Notes: generated by a model from the sequence alone, not told the origin. A stretch of DNA of 64,000 nucleotides from Chloroflexota bacterium (GCA_021783095.1 JAJXUG010000014.1:1895-65894), one strand, 5' to 3'; positions 29,073 through 39,102 are shown, counted from the stretch's first letter. Numbers and translations: made by a program.

Positions 29073-29730
29073 CGAACCCTCCCGGGTCGCGCGCGCCCGT
29101 CCCGTCGACGTCTCCGCGGTCCAGCACGCCCCGCAGGCGCGCCAGCGCCCGCCGCGTGCGCGTCTTCACGGTTCCCAGCGGCCAGCCCAGTTGCGCAGCG
29201 ATTTCGGACTGGCTGAGCTCCTGCTGGTACGCGAGCAGGATCACGGTCCGCTCATCCTCGGGCATGCCGGCCAGTGCCTCGGCAATCGCAGCGCGGGTGT
29301 CGAGCGCCTCGGCGGCCACGACAGGGTCCGGGTCGGGCGCGGCCCCGCCGAACGAGGCGAGATCCGGGTCCAGCCGCTCGATCGAAGCGGACGCGCCGTC
29401 CTCCCCTCCCCCGCCCGGGAGCGCGACGAGCCGCGGACGCCGCCCCGCGGCGCGCAGCCGGTCCACCGCCCGGTTGCGCGCGATCGAGCGCAGCCACGTG
29501 CCCAGCGACGCGACGCCAGGATCGAATGCCTCGGCGCGGTTCCAGAGCGCGAGGAACGTCTCCTGCACGACTTCCTCCGCTGTCCCTCGATCACCAGTCA
29601 TGCGAAGCGCGACGGCATGGACCCCGACGGCGTGCCGGTCGTAGAGGGCGCCCAAGGCGTCCTCCGAGCCGGCTGCGACAGCGAGGACGAGGTCGGCGTC
29701 ATCCGCCTCGCCCACCGGGCGCTCCGACAT
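29059..29730 (-). CDS. ECF RNA polymerase sigma factor (SigK-like)
   Basis: ALYDRH, AEEVVQETFLALW, WLRSIARNRAVDRLR, LSQSEIA..LGWPLGTVKTR. Confidence 0.92.
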   Translation of the reverse strand: MSERPVGEADDADLVLAVAAGSEDALGALYDRHAVGVHAVALRMTGDRGTAEEVVQETFLALWNRAEAFDPGVASLGTWLRSIARNRAVDRLRAAGRRPRLVALPGGGGEDGASASIERLDPDLASFGGAAPDPDPVVAAEALDTRAAIAEALAGMPEDERTVILLAYQQELSQSEIAAQLGWPLGTVKTRTRRALARLRGVLDRGDVDGTGARDPGGFDGPR

Positions 29731-29734
29731 GTCC

Positions 29735-30259
29735 CTACGTCTCGCCCCCCGGAGCGGTTTCGGCCGTCTCCTCGCCGCCGCGACCGAGCGGCAGCGGCCG
29801 CCGCTCGAAGCCGGTCGAGAAGACGACGTCGGTCTCGGTCGAGAACACGTTGGGGATGACCTGGACCTGGCGGATGACCTCGCCCAGGTGCTCCATGTCG
29901 CGGGCGCGAAGCTTGAGGAGGTAGTCGGCCTCGCCGGCGACGTGGTGGCACTCCTCGATCTCGGCGATCTCGGCGAAGCTCGGCATCAGGTCAATGGTGA
30001 TCGTCCCCGGCGCCTGCGTGACCCACGTGAACGCGAGCGCGCCCAGGCCCACCGCGCGCGGGTCGAGGTTCGCGGAGTAGCCGCGGATCACGCCTCTCGC
30101 CTCGAGCTTCTTCACCCGCTCGTGGGCGGAGGGCCCGGCCATGCCGAGGTCTGTCCCGAGGTCGGCGTACGAGCGCCGGCCATCCACCTGAAGGATCCGC
30201 AGAAGTCGGGCGTCAGTCTGGCTTACGGGTTCATTCTTGCCCACTTGGCACCTATTCAT
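29735..30259 (-). CDS. Lrp/AsnC family transcriptional regulator
   Basis: DGRRSYADLG..HERVKKLEARGVIRGY, EECHHVAGEADYLLK; true start may lie downstream of 30259. Confidence 0.9.
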   Translation of the reverse strand: MNRCQVGKNEPVSQTDARLLRILQVDGRRSYADLGTDLGMAGPSAHERVKKLEARGVIRGYSANLDPRAVGLGALAFTWVTQAPGTITIDLMPSFAEIAEIEECHHVAGEADYLLKLRARDMEHLGEVIRQVQVIPNVFSTETDVVFSTGFERRPLPLGRGGEETAETAPGGET

Positions 30260-30278
30260 TAGGCCGATGTTGTGGACT

Positions 30279-30295
30279 GCCTAAGGTTCTTAGGC
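30279..30295. promoter_or_regulatory. palindromic operator candidate
   Basis: GCCTAAG-GTT-CTTAGGC in an AT-richer divergent intergenic region; extra half-site TTAGGC at 30259-30264. Confidence 0.5.
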
Positions 30296-30388
30296 TATGA
30301 TGACGGCAACGTCAATACAAGGCATCCGCTGCCGGGCAGGCAGCCCGCCCCGCGGGCTCGGACGCCGCCATGCACTGGAAGGTTCGCG

Positions 30389-30523
30389 ATGGTCATCTTC
30401 ACCGCGTTCGCGTTCCTCGTGCTGTTCTCCCTCATCGCCATTGTGGTGAGCGGAGAGGAGACACGAGAGTACCGCGATCCCCACGACAACCCGCTGCTCT
30501 GGGCCACGCTCGGTCGCCGCTAG
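30389..30523 (+). CDS. small membrane protein (44 aa)
   Basis: GGAAGG RBS; MVIFTAFAFLVLFSLIAIVV TM helix; own terminator downstream. Confidence 0.6.
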   Translation: MVIFTAFAFLVLFSLIAIVVSGEETREYRDPHDNPLLWATLGRR

Positions 30524-30569
30524 GCGCGCCACGGGCTCCTGCAGCCGATCCTCGTCCGATCCGCGTTCG

Positions 30570-30597
30570 ACGCCCCGGTCCCGCCGGGGCGTTTCTC
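30570..30597 (+). terminator. intrinsic terminator candidate
   Basis: ACGCCCCGG/CCGGGGCGT stem followed by TTCTC. Confidence 0.6.
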
Positions 30598-30653
30598 GTG
30601 TCCGCCGCCTCGCCCGAAGCCGCCGCGGATCGGGCCGCGCCGCTCCAGCCGCT

Positions 30654-31640
30654 ATGCTTGGCCACCGGTCGATCCGCCTAGGGAGTGCTCGTTCCACCTT
30701 GGACCTGACGCGTCCGTTGCGCCCCGCCCCGATGACCAGTCTGCGTCCCTGGGCGGGCTCCCGTCTGGGCGAGGGCGTTGGCGAGCTGTGGGCGGCGGGG
30801 CCGGACTCGGCGGTGACACTGCCCGACGGCGGCAGCTGCACGCTCGACGAGCTGGCGGCCTCCGCTTCGGCCGCACTGGTGGGGAGCGCCGGCCTCGCCG
30901 CGCTGGGACCGCGGTTTCCGCTCCTCGCCAAGCTGATCGACCCCTCGGAGTGGCTCTCGCTGCAGGTCCATCCTGACGATGCGCTTGCGCGCCGCCTCTA
31001 CGGCCCCGGCACGTTGGGCAAGGACGAGTGCTGGGTCGTGCTCGAGGCGACGCCCGGCGCGCGGCTCGTCGTGGGCCCGAGGGCGGGACTGGGCAGCGAT
31101 GGCGTCCGCGCGGCGATCGCCGCCGGCGCGATGAGCTTCGGGGACCTGGCGGTGCACGATGCCGCCGCCGGCGATGTGCTCAACGTCCGGGCGGGCACCA
31201 TCCACGCCATCGGCCCGGGGACGTTCATCTACGAGCTCGAGCAGCCCTCCGACCTGACGTTCCGGATCAGCGACTGGGGCCGCCCGGCAACACCCGGCCG
31301 GCACCTCCACCTCGACGAGGCGCGCCAGGCCGTCGACCCGGCGCTGCGGGCCGAGGTCATCGGGAGGCGGTGGCGGCTCGACGGCGGCGTGCTGGAGGAG
31401 CGGCACCTGCGGCTCGAGGTGGTCGGCGGCGACGGCTCCGCGGCACGCGCGCCCCGCCACCCCGCGGGTCGGTCGCCCGATGTCGTCACGGCGGTTGGCG
31501 CACCGGTGGCGCTGTCGGGCGACGGCTGGGCCCAGACCCTCTCGCCGCTCGAGACGGCCGTGGTCCCGGCGGCCGTGGCCGCGTATGAGATCTCCACGGC
31601 CCCCGGCGGCCGCGCACTCGTGGGCAGCCTGCCGGGCTGA
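30654..31640 (+). CDS. type I phosphomannose isomerase-like cupin
   Basis: PWAG, GELW, FPLLAKLID, LSLQVHPDD, GKDECW, GTIHAIG, ELEQPSDLTFRISDWGR; exact start uncertain. Confidence 0.85.
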   Translation: MLGHRSIRLGSARSTLDLTRPLRPAPMTSLRPWAGSRLGEGVGELWAAGPDSAVTLPDGGSCTLDELAASASAALVGSAGLAALGPRFPLLAKLIDPSEWLSLQVHPDDALARRLYGPGTLGKDECWVVLEATPGARLVVGPRAGLGSDGVRAAIAAGAMSFGDLAVHDAAAGDVLNVRAGTIHAIGPGTFIYELEQPSDLTFRISDWGRPATPGRHLHLDEARQAVDPALRAEVIGRRWRLDGGVLEERHLRLEVVGGDGSAARAPRHPAGRSPDVVTAVGAPVALSGDGWAQTLSPLETAVVPAAVAAYEISTAPGGRALVGSLPG

Positions 31641-31900
31641 TCCCGGCCCGGCAAGGTTGAGCCCCTGCGCTCCCTACCAGGTCCCCGCGGCGCGGCGGCG
31701 CACGAACGGCAGGCTGCCCGTTGGCAGGTGCGCCTCGAGACAGGTCACCCCCTCGCGCCCACGATCGCGTCGTGGCGGGTGCCGGACGGCGGGTCGAGGC
31801 GGTCGTCTACGAGGTGGTCCACGGCGCTGCCCAACCGCCCGCAGTCGCTGTCTGCCCGGCGCCGCCCCGCCAGGCCGTCCCGACAACCTACACTCGAGCG

Positions 31901-32905
31901 ATGGACCAGCCGCTGCCGCCGCTCCGCTACCTCTCGGCCTCAGACGTCGCCGCCGCGATGCCTGGCCTGCGGGAGCGACTGGCTCTCGCCGACGCCACCC
32001 TTCGCGGACTGGCGGGCCCCGCGGACCTGCCCGCCAAGATCGGCGTCCACCCGCGACCCGACGGCTCCTTCGGCCACGCGATGCCGGCCTTCCTGCCGGG
32101 CGCCGCCGGGGACGGGCTGGGGGATCGGCTGGGCATGAAATGGGTGCTGGGCTTCCCCGCCAACGCTGCACGGGGCCTGCCCGCGATCAGCGCGCTGCTG
32201 CTGCTCAACGACCCGCTGACCGGCCTCGCCACGGCGATCCTCGACGCGGGGCCCATCACGGCGCAGCGCACCGCCGCGGTGTCCGGGGTCGCCATCCGCG
32301 CCTGGGCCACCCCCGCCGAACCGGCGCGTCCGCGGGCCGCGCTCATCGGCGCCGGCGTGCAGGGGCACAGCCACCTGCCGGTCATCGCGCACCTCCTGCC
32401 CGGCGTGTCCGTCGGCATCTTCGACCGCGACCGGTCCCGCGCCGAGGCCCTGGCCGAGACGGCACGCCGGCTGCCGAGGGTGGGCCCCATCACGGTCGCC
32501 CCGTCTGCGCGTGCCGCCGTCGGAGGCGCGGACGTCGTCGTCACCGCCGCGTCGTTCGCACCGCCGGCCGAGCGCCAGGCCATGACCAATGACTGGCTGG
32601 CGCCCAACGCCCTCGTGGTCGCCGTCGACTACGCGACCATGTGCGCCGCCGAGGTGGCGCGCGACGCTGCCCTGTTCGTCACCGACCACACCGGGCAGTT
32701 CCTCGCCAGCCGTGATGACGGCCAGTTCGACGGGTACCCGGACCCGCACGCGATGATCGGCGAGGCGCTGGGCTCGGGCGATCCCCGGCCCGTCGGCCGA
32801 GTCGTGGCCACCCACCTGGGCACGGGCCTCGCGGACGTGGTGTTCGGGGCCGCGATCCTGGCCGAGGCAGAGCGTCGAGGGCTTGGCACGCCCCTGACCC
32901 GGTGA
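31901..32905 (+). CDS. ornithine cyclodeaminase / mu-crystallin family protein
   Basis: HAMPA, GMKWV, ITAQRTAAVS, IGAGVQG, GTGLADV; TACACT 6 nt before ATG. Confidence 0.88.
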   Translation: MDQPLPPLRYLSASDVAAAMPGLRERLALADATLRGLAGPADLPAKIGVHPRPDGSFGHAMPAFLPGAAGDGLGDRLGMKWVLGFPANAARGLPAISALLLLNDPLTGLATAILDAGPITAQRTAAVSGVAIRAWATPAEPARPRAALIGAGVQGHSHLPVIAHLLPGVSVGIFDRDRSRAEALAETARRLPRVGPITVAPSARAAVGGADVVVTAASFAPPAERQAMTNDWLAPNALVVAVDYATMCAAEVARDAALFVTDHTGQFLASRDDGQFDGYPDPHAMIGEALGSGDPRPVGRVVATHLGTGLADVVFGAAILAEAERRGLGTPLTR

Positions 32906-33909
32906 GCCGCACGGCCGGGGCACCGGCTGGGGGCGCCAGCGTGGCGGCCCGGGGCAGCAGCGTCCTGTCTGGGTCGCTCGCCGCCGTGGTGGCCGCGAGC
33001 ATGTTCGGGATGCTGGGCCCGCTTGCGCGGTTCGCGAGCAATGCCGGCCTGCCGGGGATCGGCATGACGGCGTGGCGCGCCTTGCTGGGCGTCGCGTTCC
33101 TCGCGGTGCTGATCGGGGTGCGGGGCGCCAGGGGGGAGTCGCTGGCCGCGCTGCGCGCGCTGAGCCCCAGGGGACGTGCCGCGCTCGCGGTCGCCGCGCT
33201 CTCGGGCTTCGTCCTCAACGTGTCGATCTTCACGGCGTTCGGGCTGGTCCCGGTGGCGCTGGCCCTGATGCTCTTCTACACGTACCCCGCCGGCGTGGCC
33301 GTGGTGGACGTGCTGGCCGGCCACGAGCAGCTCACGCGCTGGCGCGCTGCCGCGCTCGCGCTGTCGATGGGCGGCGTCGTGCTCGTGCTCGCCGGCGGGA
33401 TGGGCGGCGCGGATGCCGGGGCGATCGCGCCCGAGGGGATCCTGCTCGGCCTCCTGGCGTCGGCGTCGCAGGTCGTCTTCGTGACGGTCAGCCGCCACGG
33501 GTACCGAGCGGTCCCGGCCGACACGGCGTCCCTCGTGATCATGGCGACGGCCGTGGTCGGCGCGATCGCGGTCGCGCTCGTGTCCGGCGAGGGCTCAGGG
33601 CTGCTGGTGCCGTTCACCACGCCCCGCGTCTGGCCCCTGATCCTCCTCGCCGGGGTCGCGGCGGCGGGGATCTCGTCACTCCTGTTCCTGCTCGCGATCC
33701 GCCAGATCGGCGGCACGCGCACGGGCATCCTGATGCTGTTCGAGCCGGTGGTCGGCGTCCTGCTCGCGGCGGTGCTCCTCGGCGAATCGTTGACGCCCGC
33801 GCAGGCGGTGGGGGCGGCGCTCGTCCTGCTCGGCGCGCTCGTCCTGCAGCGCCGCTCGGAGCCGGAGCTCGATCCGCTGGTCGAGACCGCAGCGGGGCCG
33901 ATCGTCTGA
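32902..33909 (+). CDS. DMT/EamA family transporter
   Basis: About 10 TM helices, LFYTYP, LFEPVVGVLLA..LLGE. Confidence 0.85.
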   Translation: MSRTAGAPAGGASVAARGSSVLSGSLAAVVAASMFGMLGPLARFASNAGLPGIGMTAWRALLGVAFLAVLIGVRGARGESLAALRALSPRGRAALAVAALSGFVLNVSIFTAFGLVPVALALMLFYTYPAGVAVVDVLAGHEQLTRWRAAALALSMGGVVLVLAGGMGGADAGAIAPEGILLGLLASASQVVFVTVSRHGYRAVPADTASLVIMATAVVGAIAVALVSGEGSGLLVPFTTPRVWPLILLAGVAAAGISSLLFLLAIRQIGGTRTGILMLFEPVVGVLLAAVLLGESLTPAQAVGAALVLLGALVLQRRSEPELDPLVETAAGPIV

Positions 33910-34043
33910 CCGGCCGCGAGGGCCACCCGCCAGGCTCGCGGGAGGCCGCGCGTCCCGCGGCCCCGCGCGGCCCGAACTCGTCGGCTAAGGTACGACTGTG
34001 GTCCGGACGCCGCCCGGACACGACGGAGCGGAGGCCATCGACG

Positions 34044-34751
34044 ATGGTCAGGGTCGAGGGGCTGGTTGATCGAGTCGCCGTCGTGACGGGCGGTGGGCGC
34101 GGCATCGGCCTCGCCATCTGCCACGTCCTGCGTGAGAACGGGGCTCGGGTCGCCACCCTGGACCTCACGCCGCCCGAGGAGCCGGGGCTGCTGGGCATCG
34201 AGGCCGACGTGTCCGACGAGGCGGCCGTCCACGCCGCCTTCGACGAGATCGAGGCGAAGCTCGGACCTCCGTCCATCCTCGTGCTCAACGCCGGCATCCT
34301 GCCGCTCGTCCCCCTCGAGCAGACTTCCGTCGAGCTGTGGGAGCAGACCCTCGCGATCAACCTGACCGGGGCGTTCCTGTGCGCGCGCCGAGCGCTGCCC
34401 GGGATGCGGGCGATGGGCTACGGCCGTGTGGTCGGGCTGGGCGCGGCCGTCGGCAAGTCGGGCGGCGCGCGGTCCGCCGCCTACGCCGCCTCGAAGGCGG
34501 GGCTCATGATCCTGGTCAAGTCGATCGCCGCCGAGTACGCCCACCAGGGCGTGACCGCGAACGTCGTGGCACCCGCGCTGATCGACACGCAGCTCCTCGC
34601 CGCTACCCACGAGATGGCCGGGCGCGTCCCGGTGGGCCGCCTCGGCACACCCGAGGAGGTTGCGGGGGCGGTCGCGTTCCTCGTCTCGTCCGAGGCCGGC
34701 TACATCACCGGCGAGGTGCTCGACATCAACGGCGGCACGCTGATCGACTGA
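34044..34751 (+). CDS. SDR family oxidoreductase (FabG-like)
   Basis: VTGGGRGIG, LNAG, YAASK, GRLGTPEE, YITGEVLDINGG; GGAGG RBS. Confidence 0.9.
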   Translation: MVRVEGLVDRVAVVTGGGRGIGLAICHVLRENGARVATLDLTPPEEPGLLGIEADVSDEAAVHAAFDEIEAKLGPPSILVLNAGILPLVPLEQTSVELWEQTLAINLTGAFLCARRALPGMRAMGYGRVVGLGAAVGKSGGARSAAYAASKAGLMILVKSIAAEYAHQGVTANVVAPALIDTQLLAATHEMAGRVPVGRLGTPEEVAGAVAFLVSSEAGYITGEVLDINGGTLID

Positions 34752-35259
34752 CCGACGCCCAGGCGCCGCATCGCGCCGGCTGGGCTTTCTCGTTCCGCGG
34801 CCGACGGCCCCGCCCCGTGCACCCAACGGACCTGCCGGCGGTCCGCCCGCCGTGAGGGCCGTGCCATGCCGCAAACCGCAGGCTCGGACCGCCATCTGGA
34901 GCACCTGCAGGCCCGTCTGGGGCGTGCACCTCCCGCAGGGCCGCCCCGTGGACGGCCGCCCGCGGGGTGTCTCCAGGAGGTTGCGCGGCGGGGCCTCGGG
35001 CAGGTGGGGGCAGTCGCGGGCACGTGCCGCAGCTCCAGTGTCCCGGCTCGCCAATCCCCCGCCGGCTGAGTCGCGTCAGGTTCAGGAGCGCCTCCCGCGC
35101 GCACGGGCCACGACCCGGGCCCCCGGCCCGGGCCGGCGCCCGCGCACGCCGCCGCCCGCGGCGAGTCCAGCGCGACTCAGAAGGGGGCGCGCGGCTGCGG
35201 CGCCGGGCGGCAGCCGGCGAGCGGGCTTCAGGAGCGGGGCACCAGCCGCCGTCTGCAGC

Positions 35260-35796
35260 TCAGTCGAAGGGTGGCACCTCGGCATCGTGACGGGCGAGCG
35301 ACCAGTTGAGGTAGCGCTCGTCCCCGGTGACCTCGCGCCACTCGCCCACCCAGCCGGGCAGTTGCACCGGCTCGTCCTCGGAGGCCAGCTCCACCTCCAC
35401 CACGGTCAGCCCGGCCGGTTCCTCGAACACGTCGATCTCGAGCGTCTGCCCGCCGTGCGCCACGACGTGGCGCGTCTTGCGGATCGGCCGCCGTCGCGGG
35501 TCGGCGCGAGCGAGGGCCGCGATCCACTCGGCCTCGCTGATCTCGTCCTCGGCCTCGTCGAAGCTGAACGCGCCGATCCGCCGCTTGCGGTTGCGGCGGA
35601 AGGTCGACGTGCCGTCGGGCAGTTCCGTTCGCCGGATGCGGCTCCCTCCGGGCGCGTCGGGCCCGGCGTACGGGTCGGGCAGCAGGTACACCTGCTCGAT
35701 CCGCTTCGCCATTGCTCGGTGGGCTGACAGCGTGGCCGCGTCCGGCGCGGCCCGAAGCCGGAACTTGCGCTCGATCTCGATCCCGCGGGGACTCAC
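35260..35796 (-). CDS. CYTH-domain protein
   Basis: EIERKF, IEQVYL, RIR, IRKTR, EIDVF, VEVEL, EVTGDERYLN; GTG start inferred. Confidence 0.88.
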   Translation of the reverse strand: MSPRGIEIERKFRLRAAPDAATLSAHRAMAKRIEQVYLLPDPYAGPDAPGGSRIRRTELPDGTSTFRRNRKRRIGAFSFDEAEDEISEAEWIAALARADPRRRPIRKTRHVVAHGGQTLEIDVFEEPAGLTVVEVELASEDEPVQLPGWVGEWREVTGDERYLNWSLARHDAEVPPFD

Positions 35797-35889
35797 CGGC
35801 TCATCCTGGACGGCGCGGCCTCGCAGGTCTCGCAGGATGGGCGGCCGAGGCCGCCCAAACCCGCGCTGCATCCTCTGCGACGCCCCTGC

Positions 35890-36570
35890 TCAGGGGATCC
35901 GCCCGAGGCTCGTGGTCGCCTGGGCCTCCAGCGCGGCTGCCGAGGCGACGGGCTTGCCGATCCCGAGGTCGCTGATCGCGAAGAAGTCCAAACCCTTGAG
36001 GACGTAGATGGATGAACCGTTGATTGTCATGCCGCTGACCGTCTCGCCCACGGTGGCCACCGCGGCCGCGTCGCCGATGCCCGACACGACCGACACCTTG
36101 AGGTCGGTTCCAGCCTGCTTCTGGAGGCCGGCGAGGAACTGGGCCTTGCCCTGGTTGACGGCCGCCTGGTTCGGGGCCAGGAGGATCGAGACGACGAAGA
36201 TCACGCCGGCGGCCTGGTAGTTGCAGTGCAGGACGTTCTGGACATCGGCTTCCTTGCCGGCGGAGAGCGTCGTGCCCGCGAGCTTGTCGGCTTCGTCCTT
36301 GGTGACCAGCTGACAGGGGTCGATCGCGGTCGGCGCGGCGGTCGGCCCGGTCGTGGCCGCGGCCGCGCTGGGCGCAGTCGATGCCGCCGCGGACGGGGCC
36401 GCCGAGGCGGACGGCGCTACCGAGGGTGCTACAGGCCCAGCCGACGCGGGGGCGCTTGCCGCTGGCAGGGATGCGGCGGAGGCCGCTGATGAGGGGCCGG
36501 ACGAACCGCCGCAGGCGCCGACCAGGGCAGCGACAAGCGGAACCACCAACAGCCGCGGGGACGCGCGCAT
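35890..36570 (-). CDS. lipoprotein with Ser/Ala/Pro linker and two-Cys domain
   Basis: Lipobox LVGAC; IDPCQLVT...CNY...GIGDAA. Confidence 0.75.
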   Translation of the reverse strand: MRASPRLLVVPLVAALVGACGGSSGPSSAASAASLPAASAPASAGPVAPSVAPSASAAPSAAASTAPSAAAATTGPTAAPTAIDPCQLVTKDEADKLAGTTLSAGKEADVQNVLHCNYQAAGVIFVVSILLAPNQAAVNQGKAQFLAGLQKQAGTDLKVSVVSGIGDAAAVATVGETVSGMTINGSSIYVLKGLDFFAISDLGIGKPVASAAALEAQATTSLGRIP

Positions 36571-36822
36571 GGAAGGCACCTCGACCTGACTCACCGGGTT
36601 GACCGGGCCCCCCGGTCATGACCGAAGGCGAGGGCCCGCAGTATGGCACCGCACTCCCAACCGCGCAGGCGGGCCATTCGACGACGGCGGCGTCCAGAAT
36701 CCCAGGCCGCAGGAACCCTCGTTTGACGCCCCGGCGGAACGCGCGGACACTTTCGCCGAGACAGCTGTCAGGAATCGGCGCCCTGCCATCGCCGCACGAG
36801 CGCCCCCAGTCGGAGGCCGCAC

Positions 36823-37251
36823 ATGTCCCCGCTTCGTCTTCTCGCCCCCCGGACCGTCGTCCGCGCCCACTGCGACCTGCCCTGCGGCATCTATGACCCG
36901 GAGCAGGCGCGCATCGAGGCCGAGTCCTGCTACCGGATCGTGGAGAAGTACCTCGCCAATGAGGACCCCACCTTCCGGACGCGCGCGATCCACATCAAGG
37001 AAGAGCGCGCCGACCTCGTCAAGCACCACCTCGACGTCCTCTGGCACGACTACTTCAAGCCCGAGCACCTCGAGGCCGTGCCGAACCTGCACCAGCTGTT
37101 CTGGGACGCGAACAAGCAGGTCTCGAAGGTCAAGGCCTCGACCAGCCTCGACGACGCCAGGAAGCTGCTCGACCTGATCGACCAGGTCGACGCCGCGTGG
37201 AAGACCACCGGCGGCGAGGGCAAGACGCGCGTCGCCGGTCGCCCCGGCTGA
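36823..37251 (+). CDS. sodN: nickel superoxide dismutase precursor
   Basis: Ni-hook HCDLPCGIYDP after a 15-aa leader; VLWHDYFK; GGAGG RBS. Confidence 0.95.
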   Translation: MSPLRLLAPRTVVRAHCDLPCGIYDPEQARIEAESCYRIVEKYLANEDPTFRTRAIHIKEERADLVKHHLDVLWHDYFKPEHLEAVPNLHQLFWDANKQVSKVKASTSLDDARKLLDLIDQVDAAWKTTGGEGKTRVAGRPG

Positions 37252-37293
37252 TCCCGTCCCTTCTCGATACTCGCTCCTGAGGCCTCGTCCGAG

Positions 37294-37818
37294 ATGACCG
37301 TGACGGGGCCTCGGCGCGTTCGGGGGGCGTTGCGGCCGGGCGCCGGCGGCCCGCTCGGGCTGCGGGGGTTGCGCGGCCGACTCAAGGGGCCGTGGCGGGT
37401 GGCGGTGGCCGAGGCGTCGATGACGCCGTCGATCCTCGCGGGCGACTGGCTGCTGGTGGACCCGTCCGTGGGGCGCTGGCCGCGTCGCGGCTCGGTGGTG
37501 GTGTTCCGCGAGCCTGGATCCGGCGTGCTCGTCATCAAGCGCGTGGCAGGCCGACCGGGCGACTGGGTCCCCTTCTCCGACGCCTGGCTCCGGCTGGCCG
37601 ACGACGAGGCGTGGCTGATGTCCGACGCCGACGACGAGGCGCTGGAGGCCGACGGGCACGGGCGCGCCGTGGACTCTCGCGCCTACGGCCCGGTGCCGGT
37701 CGAGGCGTTGGTGGGCCGGGCCTGGTTCCGCTACTGGCCGGTTCGCAGGGTGGGTCGCCTGCCGAAGCCGCCGGTGCCGGCGTTCCGACGCGGCCCGGGA
37801 CCGGCGCCGAGGGACTGA
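37294..37818 (+). CDS. sodX: S26 peptidase, Ni-SOD maturation protease
   Basis: SMTPS (Ser), IKRV (Lys), DSRAYGPV; directly downstream of sodN. Confidence 0.82.
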   Translation: MTVTGPRRVRGALRPGAGGPLGLRGLRGRLKGPWRVAVAEASMTPSILAGDWLLVDPSVGRWPRRGSVVVFREPGSGVLVIKRVAGRPGDWVPFSDAWLRLADDEAWLMSDADDEALEADGHGRAVDSRAYGPVPVEALVGRAWFRYWPVRRVGRLPKPPVPAFRRGPGPAPRD

Positions 37819-37890
37819 CCAGCGCCGGGTCGCGGTCGCGCGCCGGAGGAGGGGCTCGACCCGACGGCCTCGCTCCCCTACGATCTGCTG

Positions 37891-39102
37891 ATGAGCGAAC
37901 TGCGGTCCCACCCAGGCGGCTTCGACCCCGAGGCGCCCCTCCCCGCGGCCCCCGACCCCTGGCAGCCCCTGCCCATGCCCCACCTCCGCGACGCCCCGCC
38001 CTGGGCCATGGCGGAGATGATCTCGGCCGAGCCCGCGCTCGTCGCCCGCGTGGGCCAGCGGCTCCTCGACGACGGCTCCGCGGCCGCCCTCGCCGCATTG
38101 ACCCGAGACACGATCGGCCGCGGCGAGACGGTGGTCGTCACGGGCTGCGGCACGTCTGACTACGCGGGCCGGGGCGCGGCCGCGATCCTCCGAGAAGCCT
38201 GCGCTGCCGCGGGGCTCCCCGCGCCCGGACCGCAGTCGGCCGGCGCGTTCGAGCTCTCGTGCGACCCGCCGAGCGGCCTCGTCATCGGCGTCAGCCACGA
38301 GGGCGGCACCGCCGCGACGATCGCCGCGCTGGACGCAGCCCGGCAACGCGGCGCCCGCACCGCGCTCATCACCGGCAGCGCCAACTCGCCGGCAGCCAAG
38401 GGCTGCGACGTGGTGCTGGCAACCGTGGAGATGGACCGCTCATGGTGCCACACCGTGGGCTACGTCTCGCCACTCGCCGCAGCGTGCGTCACTGCGGGGC
38501 TCATCGCCGGCCACACGCCGGACCCGCAGCGCCTCCGCCGGCGCCTCGCCATGGGGCTCGACGCCGCCCGCGGCCACCACGGCGCCATGGGCAACGCCGC
38601 CGCACGGGCCAAGCAGCTGCTCGTGATCGCGACGGGCGCCGACCGGATCACGGCCCGCGAACTGTCGCTCAAGGTGGAGGAGGCGGCCTGGCTGCCCACC
38701 ACGGCCCGCGCCCTCGAGACGTTCCTCCACGGCCACCTGCCGGCGACCGGGCCTGACACGGCCCTGGTCCTGTTGCTGCTCGAGCGCGGCGCCATCGAGC
38801 GTCGTGCCGCGCGGGCGCGCCAGGCCCTGGCGGCGGCCGCCGTGGTGGGCATCAGGCCGGGGGCGATCCTCGGCGAACAGGCCGCCGCGCTGATCGGGGA
38901 CACCCTGACGCCGGCCGGGCGCATCGTCGTGCCCGACATGCCCGAGCTGCCCAACGAGGCGGCGGCGCTGCTGGGCGCTGCAGCGCCGTTGCAGCTCCTG
39001 ACGCTGGCCATTGCCGCGGCCCGCGGGACCAACCCGGATCCGATCCGCCGCGACGACCCGCGCTACCTGCGCGCTGCAGACGTGGCGGACACGCCGTTCT
39101 GA
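37891..39102 (+). CDS. tandem SIS-domain sugar-phosphate isomerase/deaminase (GlmS C-terminal-like)
   Basis: VTGCGTS, VSHEGGT, SWCHTVGY, LKVEE, ETFLHGHL, PLQLL..GTNPD. Confidence 0.85.
   Translation: MSELRSHPGGFDPEAPLPAAPDPWQPLPMPHLRDAPPWAMAEMISAEPALVARVGQRLLDDGSAAALAALTRDTIGRGETVVVTGCGTSDYAGRGAAAILREACAAAGLPAPGPQSAGAFELSCDPPSGLVIGVSHEGGTAATIAALDAARQRGARTALITGSANSPAAKGCDVVLATVEMDRSWCHTVGYVSPLAAACVTAGLIAGHTPDPQRLRRRLAMGLDAARGHHGAMGNAAARAKQLLVIATGADRITARELSLKVEEAAWLPTTARALETFLHGHLPATGPDTALVLLLLERGAIERRAARARQALAAAAVVGIRPGAILGEQAAALIGDTLTPAGRIVVPDMPELPNEAAALLGAAAPLQLLTLAIAAARGTNPDPIRRDDPRYLRAADVADTPF

Noticed and set aside
33072..34043. Apparent long N-terminal extension of the SDR
   Set aside because: It is an off-frame overlap with the EamA gene; the SDR has its own RBS and ATG at 34044
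34752..35259. 500-nt gap between convergent SDR and CYTH genes with scattered CACCT/CAGG motifs
   Set aside because: No credible ORF and no consistent repeat unit or period that I could define
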